Both the position numbers and the translations under genes were made by a program. Positions 20,051 through 28,655 of a stretch of DNA of 64,000 bases are shown here, in pieces; position 1 is the stretch's first letter; each line of letters starts with the position of its first letter. The notes below the pieces were generated by a model that saw only the letters and a list, made by a program, of their open reading frames with translations, ran no database searches and had not been told where the DNA came from. The stretch is taken from positions 992,001-1,056,000 of the forward strand of contig CAXXVS010000001.1 of assembly GCA_963674755.2 (NCBI GenBank). The letters run 5' to 3'. This DNA is from Desulfobacterales bacterium. Its GTDB lineage: Bacteria > Desulfobacterota > Desulfobacteria > Desulfobacterales > UBA5852.

Positions 20051-20635
20051 ATGACCAGCAATAGATTCATCGTGCTCCTCAAATGGATGCACGCCATCGT
20101 TTTAGTGGCGATTTTGTCGAGCTGTACCGCCCTAGATCGTCCTAAAGCCATACCGGGGGCCGGGAGCCTGTCCGACGAGGACGCGCGGCTCGTTCGCTTG
20201 GAGGCGGATTTGAGCCTGCTCCTGGGATATCAGAATCAGGAAACACTCCGGCTGGCACAGACCATCGTGGCGACAACGGACGAACTGGCCCGGACCTATC
20301 GGGTGCAGCCGCCGGCCCTGTGGCACAACTTTCTGGTCAACGTGGGAATTCGCGAGCGGGGGCTGTGCTGCCATTGGACCCAGGATCTGCTTCAGGAAAT
20401 TCGAACGCTGCAATTGACAAACTATCGTGCCGCCTGGGGGGTCAGCCGTTACGGCACCTGGCGGGAGCACAACAGTGTGGTCATCACGGCCACCGGCAAG
20501 GCTTTCGAGACCGGGATCGTGGTGGACCCCTGGCGTGAGGCCGGGGACTTATTCTGGACTCCTGTTGCGGCGGATACCTACCGGTGGCAACCTCACCCCG
20601 GCGACACACCGACCACCCGGGTCCGATGCCGTTGA
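20051..20635 (+). CDS. Hypothetical lipoprotein with a putative Cys-His-Asp triad
   Basis: Signal ending ILSS-C; RGLCCHW...EHNSVVI...VVDPW. Confidence 0.65.
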   Translation: MTSNRFIVLLKWMHAIVLVAILSSCTALDRPKAIPGAGSLSDEDARLVRLEADLSLLLGYQNQETLRLAQTIVATTDELARTYRVQPPALWHNFLVNVGIRERGLCCHWTQDLLQEIRTLQLTNYRAAWGVSRYGTWREHNSVVITATGKAFETGIVVDPWREAGDLFWTPVAADTYRWQPHPGDTPTTRVRCR

Positions 20636-20844
20636 ATTCTAAAAAACTATTATAAAAGAAATGTAAAACCCATATCCTTGCCGCAATCGTAACCGGCAAT
20701 ACACGAACAATGGTTGCCGCGAGCGAATCCGCCTGCCGCGCAAACGCCTTTCCACAGCACATGCTGCCTTATCCAACCTGATGCCGTATCGGCTTTCGGC
20801 CGTTTTCCATCCGCATGCGGTTTCCAGCGCCACAGGACACTGAT

Positions 20845-20970
20845 ATGGATCAACACCCACCAACTGTTTTAGGCATCGATATGGGGTCGGTGTCCCTGGG
20901 AGTGGTGCACCTGACAACGAACCGAAAAGTCCGCAGGACGGCCTATGCCGTTCCCGGCAGGCGATTTCCC
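20845..20970 (+). pseudogene. N-terminal remnant of an ASKHA ATPase (acyl-CoA dehydratase activator, BadF/BcrA-type)
   Basis: MDQHPPTVLGIDMGSVSLGVV...RTAY matches the phosphate-1 motif LGIDxGSxS, after which similarity ends. Confidence 0.55.
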
Positions 20971-21027
20971 GGTCCTGCATGGATCGCGTGGGCTAGGTCC
21001 CACCTGCAAGGGCCACCGTTTTTTGGA

Positions 21028-21081
21028 TTGACATCCGAGAGGGTGTCTTATAAATAAACAAATAAACAAAAAATTTATTTA
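21028..21081 (+). promoter_or_regulatory. Promoter with an AT-rich inverted repeat (probable TetR operator)
   Basis: TTGACA at 21028 and a TAAATA-like -10; AAATAAA-N7-TTTATTT at 21060-21080 just ahead of tetR. Confidence 0.55.
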
Positions 21082-21092
21082 AAATATTTATC

Positions 21093-21692
21093 ATGAAGCC
21101 CAAGGAAGACATCGCCACCATCTATGACGCCGCCCTGGGGGTTTTTGCCGAATTCGGGTTCAAGAAGGCCACCCTGGACGACATCGCCGCCCAGCTCGGT
21201 ATGACCAAGGGCAACCTCTACCGCTACGCCCGCAACAAGCAGGATCTTTACCGGAATACGGTCCGCCATGCCCTGTTGCGCTGGCAAGGGCGTGTGCGGG
21301 ACGCCATCGCGGCCGAGCCGGACGTGGTGCAGCAGTTCCATATCATGTGCCGCAAGGCCGTGGCCTACCTGGCCGAGGATGACGCCCTGCGGCGGCTGCT
21401 GGTCCGGGATCCGGACATTTTCCCCATGTTTCCCCAAAACGATCCCTACGCGGATATCAATGCCAATTCGGTGGCCATGATCCGGTCGATCCTGGCGCGG
21501 GGCATCGCGGCCAATCGTTTCCGTCCGGTGGACCTGGATACCGTCCCGGAGATTTTCTTTTCCGTCTACAAGATGTTCATCATCCGCATGTACATCATAT
21601 CCCGGGACTGCGCCCAGGAGGAGATGTTCACCCAGACGGTCGCCTTGATCACCCAGGGGTTGTTCCCAGCCGAAAACGACGGCAAACACTAA
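21093..21692 (+). CDS. TetR-family regulator
   Basis: AALGVFAEFGFKKATLDDIAAQLGMTKGNLYRY HTH. Confidence 0.92.
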   Translation: MKPKEDIATIYDAALGVFAEFGFKKATLDDIAAQLGMTKGNLYRYARNKQDLYRNTVRHALLRWQGRVRDAIAAEPDVVQQFHIMCRKAVAYLAEDDALRRLLVRDPDIFPMFPQNDPYADINANSVAMIRSILARGIAANRFRPVDLDTVPEIFFSVYKMFIIRMYIISRDCAQEEMFTQTVALITQGLFPAENDGKH

Positions 21693-21707
21693 AAGAAGGA
21701 GATGCCC

Positions 21708-22109
21708 ATGACCGAACCGATTCAATACCTGACCCGCGCCTGGCGGGATGAAGCCGAAAAACGTCTCAAGGCCGAATTGAGCCCGGAGCGGATGAATTTC
21801 ATTACGTCATCCATGTCCAACATTTACTTCGATTGCCCGGACGGCGGCACCCGGTATCTTTTTTTTCGTTTTGACAAGGGGGAATTCGCCGAACTGCTGC
21901 TGGGGGAGGGGGAGCCGCCGGCTGCTGAATTCAAAGTTAGCGGTAAATATGAAACGTTTGCCAAAATTTCCCGGGCCGAACTGGGCTCCCAGAAGGCGCT
22001 GATGACCGGCAAACTCAAACTCAAGGGCAATATGGTCAAGGCGCTTAAACTGGCGTCCATCGCGGATCGCCTCAACAAGGTCCTGTCCACCATTCCTGCG
22101 GCCTACTAA
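21708..22109 (+). CDS. SCP2 sterol/lipid-binding domain protein
   Basis: YLTRAW start; C-terminal KALMTGKLKLKGNMVKAL SCP2 signature. Confidence 0.85.
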   Translation: MTEPIQYLTRAWRDEAEKRLKAELSPERMNFITSSMSNIYFDCPDGGTRYLFFRFDKGEFAELLLGEGEPPAAEFKVSGKYETFAKISRAELGSQKALMTGKLKLKGNMVKALKLASIADRLNKVLSTIPAAY

Positions 22110-22126
22110 TAAAGGAGCGTGATCCC

Positions 22127-23344
22127 ATGACACCCCCCAACGATCCCTATTTCATCGACTTCCCGGCGCGCATCCGCGCCATCCAGGCGGCGATGGCCAA
22201 AGAAAAGATCGACGTCTACCTGGGCTCCCGGCTGCGCACCCTGTCCTGGACCCTGGACGCCTTCTGCCCCTGGCGCAGCTTCGTGGTCATTCCGGCCGAG
22301 GGCCTGCCCACAGCCTTTACCTTTGTCATCGATGCGGCCCGGGTGGCCGACGATTCCTGGCTGGACGAAGACCATGTGATGGGCTTCGCCCCCATGGGCG
22401 GCCAGGACCAGATCGAGCTGATCGCCGACTTCATCAAGGATCAGCTCCCGGGAGGCAAGGGCTGCGTGGGCATCGAAAGCGGCATGTCCAACTACCTGCC
22501 GGAGGGCAATCTCACCCACTATGAATACGAACGCTATCGCGAGGCCCTGGAGGGCTGCGAGCTGGTCAACGCCCATACCATCATCGACCGGCTGGCCATG
22601 ATCAAGGACGAGGGTACGGTCAACCGTTTCCGGGAAGCCTCCCGCATCGTGGACATCGGCCACCAGGCCGTGTTCGAGGCCCTCAACGATGGCGGCTGGA
22701 AGGGCATGACGGAGACCGAAATCGCCGGGCTGGCCGCGCTGGCCATGCGCAAGGCCGGCAGCGAATGGGAATGGTCCTTTACCGGCGGCAACGAAATCGC
22801 CAGCGGCTATCGCACCGGTCTGGCGGGCGGCGCCTGCACGCCGGCTTCGCGCCGGGCGCTGCAGGCCGGCGAGCCGTTGATGGTCGACATCCACGCCATG
22901 TTCAAGCTGGGGCTGGGGGACCATTCCCACAACTACCTGATTGCCCCGGTCACCGACCGGCAGTGGTGGCACGCCACCAATTTCGTGGACATCGTCAAGC
23001 TGACCCTTGAAACCTACCGGGCCGGCATTACGCCTTCGGACCTGGCCGAGCAGATGATCGCCTTTGCCGACGAGCGGGGATTCTCGGACTATATGGTGCC
23101 GGGCTTCGAACACGGCATCGGCATGATGGGGGATGAATGGCGCATCGGACTCAACGATGGCCCCTTCCCGTATTGGACCAATCCCGAGCATGTTTACCAG
23201 CCCGGCGAACTGCTGATCTGCGCCATGCAGTACGCCTGTCCCGAGGAAAACATCGGGTTCCGCTACGAAAACCCGATCGTGCTCTACGAAGATCGCTGTG
23301 AACCGCTGTCCCTGTTTCCCCTGGGCATCGACGAAATCCGATAA
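22127..23344 (+). CDS. M24 (Xaa-Pro peptidase/creatinase) fold enzyme with an atypical metal site
   Basis: Creatinase_N-like N-terminus; IKDE, TETEI, VDIH...GD, HGIG, GFRYEN. Confidence 0.85.
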   Translation: MTPPNDPYFIDFPARIRAIQAAMAKEKIDVYLGSRLRTLSWTLDAFCPWRSFVVIPAEGLPTAFTFVIDAARVADDSWLDEDHVMGFAPMGGQDQIELIADFIKDQLPGGKGCVGIESGMSNYLPEGNLTHYEYERYREALEGCELVNAHTIIDRLAMIKDEGTVNRFREASRIVDIGHQAVFEALNDGGWKGMTETEIAGLAALAMRKAGSEWEWSFTGGNEIASGYRTGLAGGACTPASRRALQAGEPLMVDIHAMFKLGLGDHSHNYLIAPVTDRQWWHATNFVDIVKLTLETYRAGITPSDLAEQMIAFADERGFSDYMVPGFEHGIGMMGDEWRIGLNDGPFPYWTNPEHVYQPGELLICAMQYACPEENIGFRYENPIVLYEDRCEPLSLFPLGIDEIR

Positions 23345-23364
23345 CTTTTTCTTTTGTCATCTTT

Positions 23365-23397
23365 AAAGGCCGGCGGCATCCACACCGTCGGCCTTTT
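23365..23397 (+). terminator. Terminator-like hairpin
   Basis: AAAGGCCGGCGG/CCGTCGGCCTTT inverted repeat after the M24 gene. Confidence 0.65.
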
Positions 23398-23523
23398 CCG
23401 TTGGTTCGACCGGCACCACGATCGTCCTGTTCCGCAAATGACAGGACTATGCTAAGGTGACCCTTTCAAAACGGATTATCTTCTGTTGGGCCATAAGCAG
23501 GTCAATAGACAGGATCGATCGGC

Positions 23524-24744
23524 ATGACGGAAACCCTCACAGTGACCCGGGCCCGGCGGCTGGCCCTGGCCCGGTCTGGATTGCTCAAGCCGGAATGGTC
23601 CGGAATGCCCCGGCGGGCGGCGGGGCGGGGGGCACGGGCACGCCAGGCGGCCCACCGCATCATCCGGCGCTTCGGCTACCTGCAATTGGACACGGTGGCC
23701 GTGGCCGGGGCCCGCAGCCACGCCATCGTCCTGCTCTCCCGCCTGGAAGGGTTTGCGCCGGAGTTGGCCGAAGCGCTATTGCAGCCCGGCGAACCCCTCT
23801 TTGAATACTGGGGGCACGAGGCCAGCTGGCTGCCCATCGAACTCTATCCCGCCATGGCCTTTCGCCGCGCCGCCTTTCAGACCCATCCCTGGTGGGGCGA
23901 TCTGATCGGCGAGCATCCTGATCTGGCCGAGGCGCTGATGCGCCGCATCCGCGATGAGGGTCCGCTGCGCTCCCTGGACCTGGAAGGCCGTGGCAGCCGG
24001 GGATGGTGGGACTTGAAACGGACCAAGCGCATGGCCACCGCCCTCTGGTCGGCCGGTGTCCTGGCCATCCGGGAGCGGGCCAATTTTCAGCGGGTGTACG
24101 ACCTTGCCGAACGGGTGATACCGGCGCGCTGGCGCGCCAACCAGATGCCCAAGGAGGAGGCTTTCGAAAATCTTCTTCTGCGTGCCCTCAAGGGTCACGG
24201 TTGGGCGGCCAGCGGCACGTTATCCCAGACCTGGCGCTTCCGCAACGCGGCCGAAGAGGTCAGAGACGCGCTGGCGCGCTTGCAGGAAGCAGGGAAAGTG
24301 GTGGCCTGCGCGCTGGTGGAAGACAATGGCCGGCGCCGGATCGGCTGGGTCCGTCCCCAGGATCTCGATCTGACCGACCGTCTGGCGCGCGTACGCCCCC
24401 GCAAAGGCAAAGGCGTTCTGCTCTCGCCCTTTGATCCGCTTCTATGGGATCGTCCGCGGGTGAAGCAATTGTTCGACTTCGACCAGCGGTTGGAGATCTT
24501 CAAACCGGCCGGCCAGCGGATTTACGGCTATTACTGCCTGCCGGTCCTGGCCGGCGAAAACCTGGTGGCCCGGGTCGATCTCAAGGCGGATCGCAAGGGG
24601 GGAAAGCTGCACGTCCTCTCCACCCGCTTTGAGGCCGAGGACATCAGAGGACAGATCCCGCCGGCCGACCGCGAGGCCGTGCGCACCGCTTTGGTGCGCT
24701 ATGCCGATGCCTTGGGCCTGGAACCATTGGGCGGGCCGGTATAG
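23524..24744 (+). CDS. ycaQ: YcaQ/AlkZ-family (HTH_42) interstrand-crosslink DNA glycosylase, YcaQ-like QxD type
   Basis: LQLDTV, LFEYWGHEAS, GWW, RVYDLAERV, LLSPFDPL, EIFKP..R.YGYYCLP, RVDLKADR. Confidence 0.88.
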   Translation: MTETLTVTRARRLALARSGLLKPEWSGMPRRAAGRGARARQAAHRIIRRFGYLQLDTVAVAGARSHAIVLLSRLEGFAPELAEALLQPGEPLFEYWGHEASWLPIELYPAMAFRRAAFQTHPWWGDLIGEHPDLAEALMRRIRDEGPLRSLDLEGRGSRGWWDLKRTKRMATALWSAGVLAIRERANFQRVYDLAERVIPARWRANQMPKEEAFENLLLRALKGHGWAASGTLSQTWRFRNAAEEVRDALARLQEAGKVVACALVEDNGRRRIGWVRPQDLDLTDRLARVRPRKGKGVLLSPFDPLLWDRPRVKQLFDFDQRLEIFKPAGQRIYGYYCLPVLAGENLVARVDLKADRKGGKLHVLSTRFEAEDIRGQIPPADREAVRTALVRYADALGLEPLGGPV

Positions 24745-24842
24745 GGCAACCCTCGAGGACCATCGGGCCTTCGCCGATTCTACCACGGCCCACGTTGCGG
24801 ATTACTCTGGCTTGACCAAACCAAGGAAAGGCGCCTTCTGTT

Positions 24843-25835
24843 ATGCCGCGGCTCTACATCGACGAATACACGCGCATCCTGGCCGGCAAGCAGGTCCATA
24901 TCGCATGTCGGGAAGGGATTCTGCGGGATCATTTCGGCGATATCGTCGATGACGTCAAATTCCTGAACCGCCAGGGGATCGTGACCACCCTCTTTCACAA
25001 CATGGCCAACCGGTTCGCCAACCAGAAGCATTTCCGGACGCTGGAAGATCGTCTGCCCGAGACCCGCATCGTGCGCGTGGATTCCGAAAAGGATTTTTAC
25101 GCGGACGTATTGACCCAGAAGCCGGTCTATAAATTGATCTTTCTGGAGCGCAAGTATCTCACCGACATCCGGGGGCGCCGCATCAACGCCCTGGACACGC
25201 GCCGCATCAGGGACGACTGGCAGCGCTATGGCGACCTGATCGCCAACGCCAGCTTTCGGTCCACCATGGAGAAGATCTGCCAGCGTATCGACGAAGGACA
25301 TCTAAAGCGGGTCCATATCCTGCCGGCACGCAAGCATACCATCAAACACGAGCTTTTCACCGTGGAGGGCAGCGGCACCCTGATTGCCAACGATTTCCAG
25401 GAGGCCTTCCTGCCCATTCTCAGCGAGGAAGACGAACAGCTGGTGGCCGGCATCCTGCAACTTTATAAGAGCAAGGGGTTTCTGAAGCCGCGGGACCGGG
25501 CCTATATCGCCGCCCATCGGGATAATTTCTACATGACGCGGATCGACGGGATCGTGGTGGGCTGCGTCGAATTGCTGCCCGTGGACGACCAGACCGTCGA
25601 GCTGGGCGCCCTGGCCATCTCCACCCGTTTCCGGGGCCAGCGCGTGGGGGTTTTCACGGTGAACGCCTTTGTCGAAGAGGCGCGGCGCCGGGGGTATCGC
25701 CGCATTATTTCCCTGACCAAGAATCCGCGCCTGCAATCGCTTTATCTGAGCCTCGGTTTCGCTCGGCAGTCGCCCCCGCGATATGCGCAACGCCAGGCCC
25801 GTTCAGCGGGGACGCCCATGTTCGTTTTTTCTTGA
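24843..25835 (+). CDS. ArgA-like N-acetyltransferase (degenerate AAK-like domain + GNAT)
   Basis: RVHIL...ELFTVEGSGT linker as in ArgA; GNAT VGCVEL, ELGALAI, RGQRVG, LYLSLGF. Confidence 0.75.
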   Translation: MPRLYIDEYTRILAGKQVHIACREGILRDHFGDIVDDVKFLNRQGIVTTLFHNMANRFANQKHFRTLEDRLPETRIVRVDSEKDFYADVLTQKPVYKLIFLERKYLTDIRGRRINALDTRRIRDDWQRYGDLIANASFRSTMEKICQRIDEGHLKRVHILPARKHTIKHELFTVEGSGTLIANDFQEAFLPILSEEDEQLVAGILQLYKSKGFLKPRDRAYIAAHRDNFYMTRIDGIVVGCVELLPVDDQTVELGALAISTRFRGQRVGVFTVNAFVEEARRRGYRRIISLTKNPRLQSLYLSLGFARQSPPRYAQRQARSAGTPMFVFS

Positions 25836-25878
25836 CACAAAAATTGGCTTAGCATAATAACTGATTAGTCAGTCAGTT
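25832..25878 (+). promoter_or_regulatory. Promoter and TetR operator for the SulP operon
   Basis: TTGACA 25832-25837, TAATAA 17 bp later; imperfect palindrome AACTGATTAGTCAGTCAGTT at 25859-25878. Confidence 0.7.
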
Positions 25879-25900
25879 TTTTGTGAGAGGCCAACCCATC

Positions 25901-26512
25901 ATGACCCGCAAAGAACAGATCCTCAAAGCGGCCACCGTTCTTTTCGCCAACAAAGGCTATGCGGAAACGACCACCCTTGAGCTTTCCGAGACCATCGGGG
26001 TGGCATCGGGAACCATTTTTTACCACTTCGGTTCCAAAGAAGGCCTTTTCCTGGCCATCCTCGAAGATATCCACCACACCATCGAGCTGGAATTCGATTC
26101 CTATTTCAAAGAATTGGCGTTTCCCTCCGGTCTGAAGATGCTGGAGGAAGTCATCGCCTTCTATCTTTATCTGGCCTCCAAGCACGAATCACAATTCATG
26201 CTGCTGCAACAACCGCATACCAGCAAACTGGCCCTGGACAACAGCGAATGCCACGCGCACCTCGAAGCGATATACAATCGTCTGGTCGAGATATTTGAAA
26301 AGACCATCGTGGCGGGCCAAAAGGATGCATCCATTGAGGAACTGCCTGTTCGCAAAACCGCCCTGATCGCTTTTTCGATGGTGGACGGATTTGTGAGGCT
26401 TAAAAACAACAATATCTACGACGCGGGAGCCCTGTTTAATGAACTGGTCAAGCTCTGCCAACGAATGCTCGAAAGTCGGACGACCGAACGTGAGTCTTGC
26501 CATGCTACTTAA
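25901..26512 (+). CDS. TetR-family regulator
   Basis: RKEQILKAATVLFANKGY..TTLELSETIGVASGTIFYHFGSKE. Confidence 0.92.
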   Translation: MTRKEQILKAATVLFANKGYAETTTLELSETIGVASGTIFYHFGSKEGLFLAILEDIHHTIELEFDSYFKELAFPSGLKMLEEVIAFYLYLASKHESQFMLLQQPHTSKLALDNSECHAHLEAIYNRLVEIFEKTIVAGQKDASIEELPVRKTALIAFSMVDGFVRLKNNNIYDAGALFNELVKLCQRMLESRTTERESCHAT

Positions 26513-28628
26513 ATTTCTGCCGTTTCTGGAATGGTTCAAAGGGTATCGTTTGGATAGCTTCCAACGGGATGCCTTATCGGGCCTGACGGTGGCCCTGGTC
26601 CTGATCCCCCAGTCCATGGCGTATGCGCAGCTGGCCGGCATGCCGGCTTACTACGGCCTGTATGCCTCGTTTCTGCCGCCCATGATCGCCGCCTTGTTCG
26701 GCTCCAGCCGGCAGCTGGCCACCGGGCCGGTGGCCGTGGTTTCCCTCATGACTTCGGCTTCCCTGGAACCCTTGGCCACGGCGGGCAGTGAAGGCTTTAT
26801 CGCCTACGCGATTCTGCTGGCCCTGATGGTCGGGGTCTTCCAGCTGGCCCTCGGCATTCTGCGGCTGGGGTTGGTGGTGAATTTTCTCTCCCATCCCGTG
26901 GTGAACGGCTTTACCAATGCTGCGGCCATCATCATCGCCTCATCCCAGCTTTCCAAGCTGTTCGGGGTCTACGTTGACAAAGCCACGCACCACTATGAAA
27001 CCATCATTCACGTCTGTCAGGCCGCCATCCACTATACCCACTGGCCCACGCTCTTCATGGGGGCGCTGGCCTTCGGCATCATGTACGGTCTGAAGAAGAT
27101 CAACCCCCGGATCCCCAATGTCCTTGTGGCGGTGGCCTTGACCACCCTGCTCTCCTGGGCCCTGGGTTTCCAGCATGACACCACGGCCACCATCGATGCC
27201 ATCGCCGCCCCGGAAGTCCGCAGCCAGATCGACAAGTTCAATGCGGCGACACGCGAAATCCCCCTCCTGGCCCAGGCGCGCACAGACGCCATGGCCAAGC
27301 TGGAAGCCGCGAAAGCGGAAAACAATACCATGGCGGTGCTGGACGCCGATCACACCGTCAAAATCATCACGGCTCAAATGGATTTTCTCAAACACGAGGC
27401 CCACCTTTTCAGGGCGGAAATCCGCAGCGCGCTCTTTGCAGGCGTTCCGGGACCGGACAGAGAATTGACCTTCTATCCTGAAGGGACCCTGCCCGAGGGC
27501 GCCCAAACCGACGGGCGGGTGTGGCGCATCAAGGTGGGCAATACCCCCCTGGATCCGGACCGGCTATCCATGAACGGGGGTGGGGCCGTGGTGGGCGTCG
27601 TGCCCAAGGGGCTGCCGGCCCTGTCGGTGCCGAAAATCGACTTCAAGATCATGATGGGGCTGTTCCCCTATGCGGCCATCATTTCCCTCCTGGGATTCAT
27701 GGAAGCCATTTCCATCGCCAAGGCCATGGCCGCCAAGACCGGCCAACGCCTGGATCCCAACCAGGAACTGATCGGTCAGGGGTTGGCCAACATGCTGGGC
27801 GCCGTGGGTAAGAGCTATCCTACTTCAGGATCCTTTTCGCGCTCCGCCGTCAATCTGCAGGCCGGCGCCGTGACCGGCCTGTCGAGCGTCTTTACCAGTC
27901 TGGCGGTGGTGATCGTGCTGCTCTTTTTTACGCCGCTGCTCTATCATTTGCCCCAGGCCGTCCTGGCCGCGGTCATCATGATGGCCGTGATCGGGCTGAT
28001 CAACGTATCCGGCTTCATTCATGCCTGGAAAGCCCAATGGTACGACGGGGCGATCTCCATCATCACCTTTATCTGTACGTTGCTTTTTGCACCCCATCTG
28101 GACAAGGGGATCATGGTGGGGGTCTTGCTGTCCCTGGGGGTTTTCCTCTATAAGAGTATGCGGCCCAAAGTGGTCTCCCTGGCCCGGTCCGAGGACGAAG
28201 CCCTGCGGTGCGTGGAAGAGCACAGTCTCCGGGAGTGCGAACATATCGCTGTCATCCGCTTCGACGGCCCCCTGTTTTTTGCCAATTCGAGCTACCTGGA
28301 AGACCAGATCACCGACCGGATGCAGGCCAAGCCCAATTTGAAGCATATTGTGATCGTGGCCAACGGCATCAACGACATGGACGCCTCCGGGGAAGAAATT
28401 CTATCCCTGCTCGTGGATCGGGTCCGCAGCGCGGGAGTCGATTTGTCCCTGAGCGGTGTCAATGAATCGGTCATGAAAGTGTTGAAGCGCACCTATCTGA
28501 TCGCCAAGATCGGTGAAGACCATCTCTTTCCGACCATGGAGAAGGCGATCGGCACCATCCACGCCGGGGCTCACCTGGACAGCCGGGAAGCGGCCTGCCC
28601 GTTGACAACGGTGTGCCATCTGGCCTGA
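26502..28628 (+). CDS. SulP/SLC26 anion transporter with STAS domain and a large loop insertion
   Basis: DALSGLTVALVLIPQSMAYA, GSSRQLATGP, NQELIGQG, GSFSRSAVN; STAS RFDGPLFFAN, DMDASG. Confidence 0.93.
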   Translation: MLLKFLPFLEWFKGYRLDSFQRDALSGLTVALVLIPQSMAYAQLAGMPAYYGLYASFLPPMIAALFGSSRQLATGPVAVVSLMTSASLEPLATAGSEGFIAYAILLALMVGVFQLALGILRLGLVVNFLSHPVVNGFTNAAAIIIASSQLSKLFGVYVDKATHHYETIIHVCQAAIHYTHWPTLFMGALAFGIMYGLKKINPRIPNVLVAVALTTLLSWALGFQHDTTATIDAIAAPEVRSQIDKFNAATREIPLLAQARTDAMAKLEAAKAENNTMAVLDADHTVKIITAQMDFLKHEAHLFRAEIRSALFAGVPGPDRELTFYPEGTLPEGAQTDGRVWRIKVGNTPLDPDRLSMNGGGAVVGVVPKGLPALSVPKIDFKIMMGLFPYAAIISLLGFMEAISIAKAMAAKTGQRLDPNQELIGQGLANMLGAVGKSYPTSGSFSRSAVNLQAGAVTGLSSVFTSLAVVIVLLFFTPLLYHLPQAVLAAVIMMAVIGLINVSGFIHAWKAQWYDGAISIITFICTLLFAPHLDKGIMVGVLLSLGVFLYKSMRPKVVSLARSEDEALRCVEEHSLRECEHIAVIRFDGPLFFANSSYLEDQITDRMQAKPNLKHIVIVANGINDMDASGEEILSLLVDRVRSAGVDLSLSGVNESVMKVLKRTYLIAKIGEDHLFPTMEKAIGTIHAGAHLDSREAACPLTTVCHLA

Positions 28629-28655
28629 TCGCAACTTTTAAAGGAGAACCATTAT

